A stretch of DNA of 64,000 nucleotides from an uncultured Gammaproteobacteria bacterium. GTDB lineage: Bacteria > Patescibacteriota > Microgenomatia > 2-02-FULL-39-11. Position 1 is the stretch's first letter. Every line of letters starts with the position of its first letter. The DNA is taken from the NCBI GenBank assembly GCA_964520615.1, contig CAZFNL010000137.1, positions 84,898 through 148,897 of the forward strand, given 5' to 3'. The translations under genes and the position numbers were made by a program. The notes beneath the pieces were generated by a model, which saw only the letters and a program-made list of their open reading frames with translations, made no database searches and was not told the DNA's origin. Of this stretch, positions 28,987 through 39,875 are shown in pieces.

Positions 28987-29916
28987 TTATTGCCTTAAAT
29001 TTTTGAAATATTTGACTGTCAAATCCAATCCTTTGGATAAATCCACCTGCGGCTTCCAACCCAATTTTTCTGCTGCCATTGATGCATCCAAACAACTTCT
29101 CTTCTGCTCCCCATCTTTGGCTGGACCGTATTTTGCGACTATCTGACTGTCAGTAGATTTTTTGATCTTCTCATAAATTTTCACGACATCGGTCTCTTTC
29201 CCTGTCCCGATATTAAAAGCTCCAACGATAGACTTTTTGGCAGCCAAAACGTTTGCTCTTACCACATCAGCTACATACACATAATCCCTCGTTTGCCTGC
29301 CGTCGCCGTTTATAACAGGTACATGCCCATGCAATAGCTTCAAACTGAATATGGCAACAACTCCGGCTTCACCGTGCGGATTTTGCCTGGGACCATAAAC
29401 ATTGGAATATCTTAGTGCGACAAACGGTATACCGCAGGTCTTATAATAAAAATGGAGATAATACTCAGAAGCCAACTTTGATACTCCGTACGGTGACAGC
29501 GGCTGTAATGGCGTATAGCTTTCAGATGTCGGCATTTTTTGTGCCTCACCGTAGACAACGCCACCTGAAGAGGCAAAAATCGCTTTTTTTACTCCTGTTT
29601 TTTTACCTGCTTCCAAAAGATTTAAAAGTCCAATCAGATTTATCTCTGCGTCATTTATGGGGTCATCAACTGAGTTGCGTACGCTTATCTGGGCTGCATG
29701 GTGATTCAATATGTCCGGCTTTTCTTTCTGAAAAATCTTTTCAATTTCTTTTTTGTCTCGTATGTCTGCTTTATAAAAAACTGCTTTTTGGTTTACAAAC
29801 TCCCTGTGTCCGGTTGACAAATTATCAACCACACAGACTTCATATCCTTTAGCAATAAAAGCATCAACGATATGTGACGCAATAAATCCTGCACCACCCG
29901 TAACTAAGATTTTCAT
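28987..29916 (-). CDS. UDP-hexose 4-epimerase-like enzyme (GalE/WbpP family).
   Basis: 309 aa. [43 protein letters not shown] and YGVSK. Confidence 0.8.
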   Translation of the reverse strand: MKILVTGGAGFIASHIVDAFIAKGYEVCVVDNLSTGHREFVNQKAVFYKADIRDKKEIEKIFQKEKPDILNHHAAQISVRNSVDDPINDAEINLIGLLNLLEAGKKTGVKKAIFASSGGVVYGEAQKMPTSESYTPLQPLSPYGVSKLASEYYLHFYYKTCGIPFVALRYSNVYGPRQNPHGEAGVVAIFSLKLLHGHVPVINGDGRQTRDYVYVADVVRANVLAAKKSIVGAFNIGTGKETDVVKIYEKIKKSTDSQIVAKYGPAKDGEQKRSCLDASMAAEKLGWKPQVDLSKGLDLTVKYFKNLRQ

Positions 29917-29927
29917 ATTCTGATATT

Positions 29928-31544
29928 TTACCTTCCCACTATCCTGAAGGCAACACTGCCGTCCAAAAAATGGATCTCAGAGAGAAACTTGCCGGCGGAA
30001 GCGGCCGGAATTTCATCAGGAGTACCCACAAAAAGTGTATCGCTTAACCTTGAATCCTTTGTCCAATCGATATTGCGGAACTCATATTTGCCAAAAGATC
30101 TGTTTGCTCTCTGAATCTGTCCGCTTCCCCAGTTTTTCTGATACCAGGCGGGGTCAGTTTTATTGTAAAAAAGGAAAAATATATACGGCTGGTCATACCT
30201 GTAGGTTACGATTATTCTTTTGTAATTTGCCGCATATTTATCTACAACCGAGACGGCTTGTTTATAACCATACTGCCATGACTGGGAATCCATAATCGGC
30301 GTATGCACCCAATACATATGCATATAATAAAAAAAGTTGACTAGCAGTAGAAAAACAGCCAAGGTTACAAAAGATTTATAAAATTCCGGTCTTATTTTTA
30401 CTTTCAGGATATATAGGAATTCAAAAAATCCAACAGCTGTAAAAATCTGGTAAGTAGGAATAAACTCCAATGAGCGCACCGCATGAGGAGTACCAGTTGT
30501 TATTGAGGCCGCGGCAGGTGCCAGAAGAAACCACAGAAATATTACGTTTGCTCTTTCATCCCTATGGTTTAACATGTAATAAATTCCAAAAAGAATAAAC
30601 GGAAGAGTCCAAATATAAAGCATACCCATATTTAATGCATGATGACGGCCGGGTGCATCACCATAGAGGAAAAGAAAATCAAAGTTAAAGTGGTCAAGAT
30701 ATCCAGCTAGAATATCAAATCCGTACACTACTCGCCTGTTATGAGTCAAAACACCCAGGAGATCACCTCTCCCACGATCAAATTCTATTTTGCCTATGCT
30801 ATTACCCAACCTTTCCTGGTCATTCATTATTGTAACCGAACCAAGCCTTGCACTTGTAGTTCTCATTTCTATATAAACCGGGGCAACAAGAATTGCTAAA
30901 ATTATGGCACTTGCCAAAAGCCATTTCAGATTCTTCAAAATATATTTTCTGAAAATAAATATAAGCCCCAGAACCATAACTGGACTAATAAGCCTCGGGC
31001 TATGGTAAGCATAGATTGATAGTGCAAATGAAACGGCGGAAAAAAGATAAAACCATCTTTTTTTCATCCCTTTTAGGAAAAACAGAACTCCGGACATGAA
31101 AAAAAACAGACCTAAATTAGCTTCGAAAGCCACGCGGGAAAACTGTATCTGCCAGGGAGAAATAGAGAAAAGAAAAGTAAAAAAAAGATGAAACCGTCGA
31201 CTTCTTTTTGGGAAAAGCTCTTTGATAAGAAAATACGCTACGATAACGGCTAAGAATCCGAAGAATGCCGATATAAGCCTGGTTGAAAATTCAGTCAAAC
31301 CCAGGATTGCCACAGGAATTATAGTCAAATAAGAATATAATGGTGGCTTATAATCTCCGAATGATTTTATCGATAAAGGCAAAAACCTACCATATTCATC
31401 ACGTCCTGTTTGCAATATCGAATAGGCATTGTATCCCAATGAAGCCTCATCCCAATCCAAAGACGGAGGATTGGTTCCCAACTGCCAAAATCTTAGAAAA
31501 AAGGCAAGAGCAATAATTGAAATCAGGGTTATTTTATATCTCAT
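29928..31544 (-). CDS. PMT_2/ArnT-like GT-C glycosyltransferase (GT39/GT83-type), array paralog 1.
   Basis: 538 aa. LRFWQLGTNPPSLDWDEASLGYNAYSILQTGRDEYG has the loop-1 DE motif, followed by about 11 TM segments and a C-terminal soluble domain. Confidence 0.75.
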   Translation of the reverse strand: MRYKITLISIIALAFFLRFWQLGTNPPSLDWDEASLGYNAYSILQTGRDEYGRFLPLSIKSFGDYKPPLYSYLTIIPVAILGLTEFSTRLISAFFGFLAVIVAYFLIKELFPKRSRRFHLFFTFLFSISPWQIQFSRVAFEANLGLFFFMSGVLFFLKGMKKRWFYLFSAVSFALSIYAYHSPRLISPVMVLGLIFIFRKYILKNLKWLLASAIILAILVAPVYIEMRTTSARLGSVTIMNDQERLGNSIGKIEFDRGRGDLLGVLTHNRRVVYGFDILAGYLDHFNFDFLFLYGDAPGRHHALNMGMLYIWTLPFILFGIYYMLNHRDERANVIFLWFLLAPAAASITTGTPHAVRSLEFIPTYQIFTAVGFFEFLYILKVKIRPEFYKSFVTLAVFLLLVNFFYYMHMYWVHTPIMDSQSWQYGYKQAVSVVDKYAANYKRIIVTYRYDQPYIFFLFYNKTDPAWYQKNWGSGQIQRANRSFGKYEFRNIDWTKDSRLSDTLFVGTPDEIPAASAGKFLSEIHFLDGSVAFRIVGR

Positions 31545-33160
31545 ATTTTTTCTCCGATGATAAATACAGTATCACCTTTAAGACTCTGTATTTCCTTTAT
31601 CTCTTTAAAGCCTCCGGGCATATTTCCGGTTGTTGTCACAACTAGTATTTTCCCTTTGGATTTTTGAAGGTTGTCAAAACCGAAATGTATTTTACCTAGG
31701 TCCGAAACATGCCAAAATCCAAACCAATCCCGGGAATCTTTCTTTATATTCTGAAATTGGCTTTCGGTATACCGGTTGTAAAAAGCAAAATATATATACG
31801 GCCGGCCATAAGACTCTGTCACAAAAATATGGTCATATCTTTTTTCCAGTGGCGTCACATAGGAAACCATCTGTTTATACCCATACTGCCACTCCCCGCT
31901 CCAGTCAACTGGATAATGGATATAATAATTGTGCAGATAATAATAAACGCAGGCAACCAGTAGAAATACGACACTAATCGATAACGTCTGAAATAATTTA
32001 GGCGTTAGATCTTCCTTCAAGCTCCTAAATACCATATATACTCCAAAAGCAATAATAATCTGGTACACAGGCAGAATTGACACAATCCTTAATGCATGGG
32101 GGGTTTCCTTTGCCAGAGCTGCCGGGATTGGTACTATAATCATCCAAAAAAAAAGAGGCCAGAAAACATTTTTTCTCTTCTTAAACAGCCAAAATCCTCC
32201 GGCAATGAGGAAAAACAGGTCAAAGACATAAAGTTCACCCATATTTTGCACCGATAGTCTGGGATTGGCGTCACCCTCTACAAAAAGAAACCGTCCGGTA
32301 AAATTGTCAAAATAGTGCTTCAGGAAATCCATTCCGTAAAGCATCCTTCTGTTGTGAATAATTTTTGCCCACCAAACCCCTTTATCATAAGTTATCATTT
32401 CATTTGATTGTTTTAAGGGAGCAAGGTTATTGAAAATAGATACTTCCTGCAATCGAAGTTTGCTTTCCCGGCTCAACAGGTATGGAATGCTGGGGGAAAC
32501 CAATATAATACCTATAAATACCGAAATAATGACCCATTTCTTATTTGAGAGCATATGCCGCCAAAAATAGACTGATAGGAATAAAAGAAGTAGCGGGGCA
32601 ATTATCCTGTTGGCATTGAAAGTATAAAACGAAGCTATAAATAAAATCACTGATAGTGACAAAAACCACTTCTTTCTTTTTGAGAGAAGAAAAAAATACA
32701 CTGCACTTAAATTCAAAAAAGCTGCCATATTGGCCTCGTATGCCGCACGCGACAGTTGCAGCGACCATGGTGAAACACCAATAAACAAAGATGCTAATAA
32801 AGCTGTTTTTTCATTGCCGAATAATTCCAATACTAAAAGATATGTCACCAAAACCATCATTATTCCGCAAACGGCAGACGGAAATCTGACGGAAAATTCA
32901 TTCAGTCCGAAAAGATGGACTGGCAGGACATCTGCATATATGTACCCCGGGGGTTTATAATCTCCAAAGGCAATAAAACGTGCTAAAGGAAAATATTCTC
33001 CATGCTCATCATGAAGGGATGTCCCAATAAGAAATGCATTGTATCCTAGTGAAGATTCATCCCATGAAAGCGATGGTGGATTTATGTTTATCCGGTACAG
33101 CCTGAGTATTGCGGATAATACGAGAATTATAAACAGAATTGCTATATTTTTTTTAATCAT
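31541..33160 (-). CDS. PMT_2/ArnT-like GT-C glycosyltransferase, array paralog 2.
   Basis: 539 aa. INPPSLSWDESSLGYNAF..DEHGEYFPL. It overlaps paralog 1 by 4 nt. Confidence 0.75.
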   Translation of the reverse strand: MIKKNIAILFIILVLSAILRLYRININPPSLSWDESSLGYNAFLIGTSLHDEHGEYFPLARFIAFGDYKPPGYIYADVLPVHLFGLNEFSVRFPSAVCGIMMVLVTYLLVLELFGNEKTALLASLFIGVSPWSLQLSRAAYEANMAAFLNLSAVYFFLLSKRKKWFLSLSVILFIASFYTFNANRIIAPLLLLFLSVYFWRHMLSNKKWVIISVFIGIILVSPSIPYLLSRESKLRLQEVSIFNNLAPLKQSNEMITYDKGVWWAKIIHNRRMLYGMDFLKHYFDNFTGRFLFVEGDANPRLSVQNMGELYVFDLFFLIAGGFWLFKKRKNVFWPLFFWMIIVPIPAALAKETPHALRIVSILPVYQIIIAFGVYMVFRSLKEDLTPKLFQTLSISVVFLLVACVYYYLHNYYIHYPVDWSGEWQYGYKQMVSYVTPLEKRYDHIFVTESYGRPYIYFAFYNRYTESQFQNIKKDSRDWFGFWHVSDLGKIHFGFDNLQKSKGKILVVTTTGNMPGGFKEIKEIQSLKGDTVFIIGEKI

Positions 33161-33162
33161 AT

Positions 33163-34827
33163 TCAGCAGGGAATTTTCGGATCAATATAACATTTTTTGC
33201 GCAATGTATCATGTATTACAAAAATAAGCCTTCCGTCATCAGGAGCAACTATCTGGTCTTCTCCTCTTGGTTCTTCGGGACGGCCGATATAAAGGCTATT
33301 GGGAGGTATTATTTTCTTTTTTAATCTGTTTGCATCAAGATCAAGAGAGCCAAAATAATATTTGCCGAGTTTAATAAGATGCCGGCCGTCAGCCATGGTG
33401 ACAGGATGATCTATGGCGTACCTGTATCGTATCGGATCATAATGATTATAGACAGCAAAAGCCAGAGTAGCACCGCTGTAAAAATTTGAAATGAAAATCT
33501 GTTTATATTTGGAAGTTCGGGCTTGTGCATAATCAATAGCTGCCTTATTCTCCCATCCCCACCATGTAGCTGCATAAACCGGATACTCCAGATAATAGCG
33601 AATAAGAAGTGTACTCAATGAAACTGTAAAAAGAAGTACTAAAGATGTAACTAGAACACGTCTTCCTAAAATATTTTCTACTGCTTTAATGCTTTCATAA
33701 ATTCCATAGCCGACAAAAATATATGGAGCGGGTAACAATGCCAATGTCCGTACCGCAAACGGTTTCCCTACAAGCGCTGCGGGTACTGGTGCCAAAAGAA
33801 TCCATCCAAAGAAAAATAAGGCGACTTTCCTTTTTTTAACAAACAGCAGATACGCTCCTACAATAAAAAACGGGAACTCCAGAAGGTAGAACATACCCAT
33901 ATTGCCGGTAAAATACCGTAAAGAACTGTCTCCATAAATGTACCAGAAGTTTGGAGATAAAAGCTCTAAATAATTATCGGCAACTAATTGAACTGTGGTT
34001 AAATATCTGTTATGAAATACAGATTTCAACGCAACAGGAATCTTTGATGCATTTCTTTCCTTTATAACTGTCTGAACAGCTGTTGATTCCAACGATCCGG
34101 TAAGCTTATTGAAACGTGATAGTCCTTTTCCGAAAAACGTTACTTTAATAAGTGGAGAGATAAGAATTAGAAAAAATATGAAACTTATTGCAAACTTTTT
34201 CAGTAAATCCCGCTTCTTGTCCAAACTGTCCTCATATCTATAACTGTAAGCAAAAAGTGAAATTAGGAAAATAGGTACCAGAATCCGGGGAGTAAAATAA
34301 GTGTAAAGAGACATGGAAAAGAAAAACATTCCCAAAAGCATAATTTTCAACCTATTCTTACTGGCAAAATAGAAATAAATACCCAGTATAAAAAACAGTA
34401 GGCTCATCGTTGCTTCAAAATAGCCTCTGGACAGATGTATATGCCATGGTGAAATTGCCATAAGAAAAGCAATTATGAGCGAAGTTTTCTTCCTGAAAAA
34501 TAATCCTGAAAGTAGATAAACCGCATAAACTGTTATCATGGAGGAAATTGCCACCGGAAGCCTTATGGAAAACATATTCATCCCCATCACTTTGAAAAAT
34601 GGCACAAGTATATATACTGGGATTGGAGCTTTATAGTCGTCAAACGACCTGAATTCCAAAGGATAAGGAGTCCCATACTCATCCTTACCAGTCAAAAGAA
34701 TATTGTAGGCATTCCAGGCAAAGGCCTGTTCGTCACCATAAAGTGTTGCCGGGAATTTATTAAGCTGCCAAAAGCGCAGAAAGATGCTCAATATCAATAT
34801 CAGTGCTATCAAAATTTTCGTCTTCAT
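33163..34827 (-). CDS. PMT_2/ArnT-like GT-C glycosyltransferase, array paralog 3.
   Basis: 554 aa. LRFWQLNKFPATLYGDEQAFAWNAYNILLTGKDEYGTPYPL. Confidence 0.75.
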   Translation of the reverse strand: MKTKILIALILILSIFLRFWQLNKFPATLYGDEQAFAWNAYNILLTGKDEYGTPYPLEFRSFDDYKAPIPVYILVPFFKVMGMNMFSIRLPVAISSMITVYAVYLLSGLFFRKKTSLIIAFLMAISPWHIHLSRGYFEATMSLLFFILGIYFYFASKNRLKIMLLGMFFFSMSLYTYFTPRILVPIFLISLFAYSYRYEDSLDKKRDLLKKFAISFIFFLILISPLIKVTFFGKGLSRFNKLTGSLESTAVQTVIKERNASKIPVALKSVFHNRYLTTVQLVADNYLELLSPNFWYIYGDSSLRYFTGNMGMFYLLEFPFFIVGAYLLFVKKRKVALFFFGWILLAPVPAALVGKPFAVRTLALLPAPYIFVGYGIYESIKAVENILGRRVLVTSLVLLFTVSLSTLLIRYYLEYPVYAATWWGWENKAAIDYAQARTSKYKQIFISNFYSGATLAFAVYNHYDPIRYRYAIDHPVTMADGRHLIKLGKYYFGSLDLDANRLKKKIIPPNSLYIGRPEEPRGEDQIVAPDDGRLIFVIHDTLRKKCYIDPKIPC

Positions 34828-36452
34828 TATTTATGAAGGGAATCGTAATCAGCCAAAATAAAGGCCTTAGTGTTATCAGGATAATATACCCTATGTATTG
34901 CGTTATTTAATTTCGGAAAATCATTTGGTGCTCCCACAAACAGTATGTTCTTCATACTCTCAAATCTTGGCGGGAAATCCCCAAACTTGTATTTGCCAAA
35001 TCCGTCTACCCATCCAAAACCGTATTCGTTAAGATTCTCCAATTTTGCCTCTTTCTGATATACGCTTGGTGGGTATTTCATATAGAAAAGCGGGTATATG
35101 TATCCCCAGGCATTTCGGCTAAACCAAATCTGTTTATATTTAGGCTGAAGTTCAACTACCTCATTTATAACCGTTTGCATCCCGAAATGCCAATCTTTTG
35201 CATATCTGACCGGAGAGTTAAAATAGTACATATGTAAATAGTATGCTACGTTTATAGACATAACTACTGTTATGAGTATATAAAATACTCGATATATTAC
35301 CGAGTATTTTCTGTTATCAATTAGTGAGACAATTCCTATTGCAACAATGATACTCAGAATTGGCAATAGCGACAATGTTCTGCTGGCTGAGGGAACGAAT
35401 CTTGTCAGTGATGCAGGAATGAGCGCAATAAGCGTCCAGGCGATAATTACCTGACTATGGATATTTTTCTTTCTGATAAGAAAATACGCTCCACAGAGAA
35501 GAAAAGGCAAAACTGTTACATAAAGTAAACCGTTTCCCAAAGTACGGTAAATTGTAACCGCATCACCATTGAAAAAGAGAAAATCAGCAGAGAAGTTTTT
35601 GAAATAATTATCTAAAAATGTTATCGAATATAACATCGGTTTATTGTGGAATAAAGATGGAAGGAAAAAATTACCAAGTTTGTCCTCTCCTCTCTCCTGA
35701 TTAATTTCATTTTTTAATCCTGCATCTGTTGTTATTGCTGTAAAACTTGGTCTTGACCAAAAATCAGGAGACCTAATTATATTTATAAACGGCAACAACA
35801 AAATTAGACCGGAGACAATTGCCGCTCCAACCTCTTTTCTCATACTATGTAACTGATGTCTAAATATAATCAGAAGACTTGTAAGAAGAAACGGAGCTAT
35901 AACACGCGTATCATGATATGCATACATGGACAGGGCAAAAATAATAAAAGATACTATTATCAGCTTTTTGTATTTAAAAGAATATAAAAAAAGCAGGACT
36001 CCAAGTGAAAGAAGCACTACCGACAAATTATTCTCATGTGCCATACGGTTAAACTGCAACCCGAAAGGAAATACCGCAACAAAAAAAGCGCTGAAAAGTG
36101 AAACTGGGGTTCTCCGGAACATCCTGTCTGAGAGAAGATAAACAGTAACAATTAGAACCAAACCCAAAAAGGCGGAAGAATACCTTACAGCTTCTATAGT
36201 CAGCCCAAACACTTTTACAAACGGAACCATAAAATATATATAAAGAGGAGTTTTGTAGTCCCCAAACGACTTGAACGCCAAAGGGAAAGGAGTACCGTAT
36301 TCATCTTTACCAGTCAGAAGAATGGAATAGGCATTATATCCGTATGCCGCTTCATCACTGTATAATCCCGGCGGGACAGTCGAAATCTTATAGAACCTGA
36401 GAAAGACGGACAGGATAAGTATCAGAACAAATAAAACTGTTTTTTTGTTCAT
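34827..36452 (-). CDS. PMT_2/ArnT-like GT-C glycosyltransferase, array paralog 4.
   Basis: 541 aa. LRFYKISTVPPGLYSDEAAYGYNAYSILLTGKDEYGTPFPL. Confidence 0.75.
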   Translation of the reverse strand: MNKKTVLFVLILILSVFLRFYKISTVPPGLYSDEAAYGYNAYSILLTGKDEYGTPFPLAFKSFGDYKTPLYIYFMVPFVKVFGLTIEAVRYSSAFLGLVLIVTVYLLSDRMFRRTPVSLFSAFFVAVFPFGLQFNRMAHENNLSVVLLSLGVLLFLYSFKYKKLIIVSFIIFALSMYAYHDTRVIAPFLLTSLLIIFRHQLHSMRKEVGAAIVSGLILLLPFINIIRSPDFWSRPSFTAITTDAGLKNEINQERGEDKLGNFFLPSLFHNKPMLYSITFLDNYFKNFSADFLFFNGDAVTIYRTLGNGLLYVTVLPFLLCGAYFLIRKKNIHSQVIIAWTLIALIPASLTRFVPSASRTLSLLPILSIIVAIGIVSLIDNRKYSVIYRVFYILITVVMSINVAYYLHMYYFNSPVRYAKDWHFGMQTVINEVVELQPKYKQIWFSRNAWGYIYPLFYMKYPPSVYQKEAKLENLNEYGFGWVDGFGKYKFGDFPPRFESMKNILFVGAPNDFPKLNNAIHRVYYPDNTKAFILADYDSLHK

Positions 36453-36454
36453 TT

Positions 36455-38215
36455 TTATTTATAAATCAGTGTTGACGGTGTTACTTCGATATCCAATATA
36501 TAAAACTGCGGGGTACCGTTTTTAAGCCTGATTGTTCTGAGAACTTTACTTGTAACCTCATCCCCAACTGTCAGATTGAAAGTGCTGCCGCCTAACTTTT
36601 CCTTAACATGGGAAAGAAGTTTGTTTGTCACGAGAACTGCACTCCGTGTGGCTCCGGGCGGGGTTGAGTCAACCCTGGAAACCAGCAATCTGTCTGGTAT
36701 AACCAAATCATCAGCCCAATCTATTTTTTTATAAGTTATGCCTCCGAAACTTTTGACATTTTGGAATCCCTCAGCGTCGGTTTGATATCTGACAACATTT
36801 TCCTGATAGAGTTTTGGGTCCGTCCTATTATAAAAGAGAAAGTATATATAAGGTGAATCGTCAGGATTATCGACCACTATATTCCGAAATCTGGGAGAAA
36901 GATTGTCTACATCTTCAACCAACTGTTGGTATCCTCCCCCCCATTGCGCTTCCAGCAATTTGGGGAAATGTATAAAATACCGGTCGATATAAAAGGAAAA
37001 ATTGACTATAAGAAGCACTCCTACTCCAAGCAAAAAGAGTCTTTGGAATGTCTTTTTTTTGACATCTTGAAATAACAGTACAAATCCAATTGCCGCCAAA
37101 ATATAAGGTAAGGGCAGAAAAACCAACATCCGAGCAGAATGGGGTGCATCTTTGGTAATAGCCGCTGGTATTGGAGAAATTAAAAGCCAGAAAAGAAGAA
37201 TGTAACGCCATTTTAATTTATCCCGAAAAATATAAAACAGGCCTAAAAGTAAAAACGGAGCTTCCCACATATAGAGATTACCAAAATCAGGTATATTGTG
37301 TTGCCAGTTATTCCCGCCTTTAATAAACAGAAATTCTGGAGAAAAACCCAAATAATATCCCTGCAGAAACCTTCCGATAAGGAATGTAATTTTGTTATGG
37401 TAGGCAAGAGTAAGTTTGGAATAAGGATTTATATGATCAAATCTTGGCAACACTACTTTCTGGTATACCAGTGATATATCCGATAGGGGCGTCAAGCCGG
37501 AAATTTTCGTCTTATCCGCAACAAAAAGAGTTTTTGCAAAAATTATTAATCCCAATAAAAATACTGGCAGAAGAAACATAAACAACTTCTTCAATTCCCT
37601 GTGGTATGTTAGAAGATAAACAAGAAGTGCGACTAAAAGAAGAGGTGTAAATACATGATTACCATGATATGTATACATACTAAGACCGAAAAATATTGAA
37701 GATAGCGCCATATATCCAGAAGTTTTTATTCCCTTCAAAAATAAATACAATCCCAATACGACAAAAAATACAGCCACATTTGCTTCTGCCGCTTCCCTGG
37801 AAAAGTGAATAGACCATGGAGATATCGATATGAAAAAAGCTGCCAGAAGAGCTATTGCCTCCATCTTTCTCTCATCCCTTAATAGTTCTTTAACCAAGAA
37901 ATATACAAAGAGGATGGTAGCGGTTCCAAAAAGTATGGACGGAAGACGGACCGAAAACGGCGTCAGGGAAAAAAACTTTATCGGGATGACATCCATATAA
38001 ATATAAAGCGGCAGCTTCCAATCGCCGAAAGACTTGAACGATAAAGGCAGAAATTTCCCGTATTCATCATTTCCAGTATTCAGTATGGAATAAGCATTGT
38101 AACCTATGGCCGCTTCATCACGGTTTAAGCCCGGAGGGGCATAATTTGTATTCCAAACCCGAAGCACAAACCCCAAAATAAGGATAAGGAGAATAAGAAA
38201 ATACTTTCTCTTCAT
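36455..38215 (-). CDS. PMT_2/ArnT-like GT-C glycosyltransferase, array paralog 5. The start is reassigned to the internal Met at 38215.
   Basis: LRVWNTNYAPPGLNRDEAAIGYNAYSILNTGNDEYGKFLPL. The ORF-track start at 38305 overlaps the upstream paralog by 89 nt. The Met beginning MKRKYFLILL at 38215 abuts its stop. Confidence 0.7.
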   Translation of the reverse strand: MKRKYFLILLILILGFVLRVWNTNYAPPGLNRDEAAIGYNAYSILNTGNDEYGKFLPLSFKSFGDWKLPLYIYMDVIPIKFFSLTPFSVRLPSILFGTATILFVYFLVKELLRDERKMEAIALLAAFFISISPWSIHFSREAAEANVAVFFVVLGLYLFLKGIKTSGYMALSSIFFGLSMYTYHGNHVFTPLLLVALLVYLLTYHRELKKLFMFLLPVFLLGLIIFAKTLFVADKTKISGLTPLSDISLVYQKVVLPRFDHINPYSKLTLAYHNKITFLIGRFLQGYYLGFSPEFLFIKGGNNWQHNIPDFGNLYMWEAPFLLLGLFYIFRDKLKWRYILLFWLLISPIPAAITKDAPHSARMLVFLPLPYILAAIGFVLLFQDVKKKTFQRLFLLGVGVLLIVNFSFYIDRYFIHFPKLLEAQWGGGYQQLVEDVDNLSPRFRNIVVDNPDDSPYIYFLFYNRTDPKLYQENVVRYQTDAEGFQNVKSFGGITYKKIDWADDLVIPDRLLVSRVDSTPPGATRSAVLVTNKLLSHVKEKLGGSTFNLTVGDEVTSKVLRTIRLKNGTPQFYILDIEVTPSTLIYK

Positions 38216-38216
38216 T

Positions 38217-39875
38217 TCAGCTGTTTTTGAAAATCTTAAATAACGACTTACTGGCCGGATTACGTATTTCTTTAATATAACTTTTATCACCGGCCGCCTG
38301 TTCAAAAGGTACTACATATAAAGTATTATTCTGCAAATTATCCTTGACATACTTCCATTCAAAATTATTAGGGAACCAGTATTTCCCGAATCCTTCCACA
38401 TGCTCAAACCCAAAACGGTCGGGCACATAAGGCCTTACTGCCTGCTTTTGATAAAGTGCGGGATTATATTTATTATAGAAAAGAAAATATATATACGGCA
38501 TACCGTTCATATCAGCAACAATCACATTGTCATATCTACCTTCAATCCCACTTATGTAATTCACCACTTGTTTCCAACCCCAATTCCACCAGTCGGAATG
38601 TTCTTTGGGCAAAACAAGAAAATACTGTTGCAAGAAATATCCAAATAAAATCGTATAAACCAAACTTATTGCGATACCCGGTATTATACTTCTGTTGATC
38701 CGGCCGGATAAATATACCGCACCAGTTGCCGAAAATATGACCACTGGTACAACAATATTGAATGTCCGGTTGCTTGAGGGAGTCATAAATGTAAAAGCAG
38801 CAGGAATAATAGAAATTAGTAATAATCCCAAGAGGAGACCTGTGCCCTTATATTTGTGTTTTATCAATAAAATTATTCCTGCCAGAATCAATATCCCGTC
38901 TGGAATATATAAAATTCCCATATTAGGTATCTGAAAAGGCTCAGCCATATCCCCGGTGAAGAAAAGGTAATTACCGTCAAAATGAGATAAATATCTCTTA
39001 ATTATACTTTGCGCGTACATTGTGATGTTGTTGTGGAAAAATCTGGTAATTGCCGGTGAAATTTGTTTTACTCCATCCTGAGCAATATATTCCCATTGCA
39101 AAAGTTTGACTCCCTGATCATAAAAAACGCTAACCGTCTGCGCTCTTCCCAAAAGAACTTCCTTATTTTTCGCTATTCCTACAATAAGAGGAAGAAGTAT
39201 TATACAGCCAGCTAAAAAACCAACTATGACTTCTTTTGATAATAAAGATATGTTTTTTCTGTCCCCCATATAAAGATACAGAATTACAAGTGGTGTAATG
39301 ACACGCATGCCATAATAAGCGTATATTGATAAGGCAAAACAAATAGCAGAAAAAATCAACATTGACGCCCTTTTTTTAGACCAAAGGTAAAACAGCACAC
39401 CGGTTTCAAGGAAAAATAGGCTTACCACTACCAACATCGCCGCCCTGCTCTCTAAAATATGCCATGGAGATATAGCTAGAAATAAAGCAGATAATAAGGC
39501 TATTTTAGAACGTGATTTTTGACCGGAAAAAAGCTCAAAAACAAGTAAATATGTAATAATAACTGTTCCTACTCCCAAAACCGCAGAAGGCATCCTAACC
39601 GCAGCTTCGTCCAATCCCAAAAAATAAATAAAAGGAATCATAAGATATGTAGGCAAAGGCGGTTTCCAGTCCCCGAATGATCTCAAAGATACCGGCAGAG
39701 ATGCGCCGTGTTCATCCCTACCCGTCAGGAGTATGGAATATGCATTATATCCCTGGTCAGCTTCATCAGTGTATAAAGATGCGGGGAAGCTTCCGAGCCA
39801 GACAATACGTAAAACTGCAGAAAAAATTATGATTGCAAGGAGTAATAATTCTGCTTTTAATTTAATATGGCGCAT
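38217..39875 (-). CDS. PMT_2/ArnT-like GT-C glycosyltransferase, array paralog 6.
   Basis: 552 aa. LRIVWLGSFPASLYTDEADQGYNAYSILLTGRDEHGASLPV. Confidence 0.75.
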   Translation of the reverse strand: MRHIKLKAELLLLAIIIFSAVLRIVWLGSFPASLYTDEADQGYNAYSILLTGRDEHGASLPVSLRSFGDWKPPLPTYLMIPFIYFLGLDEAAVRMPSAVLGVGTVIITYLLVFELFSGQKSRSKIALLSALFLAISPWHILESRAAMLVVVSLFFLETGVLFYLWSKKRASMLIFSAICFALSIYAYYGMRVITPLVILYLYMGDRKNISLLSKEVIVGFLAGCIILLPLIVGIAKNKEVLLGRAQTVSVFYDQGVKLLQWEYIAQDGVKQISPAITRFFHNNITMYAQSIIKRYLSHFDGNYLFFTGDMAEPFQIPNMGILYIPDGILILAGIILLIKHKYKGTGLLLGLLLISIIPAAFTFMTPSSNRTFNIVVPVVIFSATGAVYLSGRINRSIIPGIAISLVYTILFGYFLQQYFLVLPKEHSDWWNWGWKQVVNYISGIEGRYDNVIVADMNGMPYIYFLFYNKYNPALYQKQAVRPYVPDRFGFEHVEGFGKYWFPNNFEWKYVKDNLQNNTLYVVPFEQAAGDKSYIKEIRNPASKSLFKIFKNS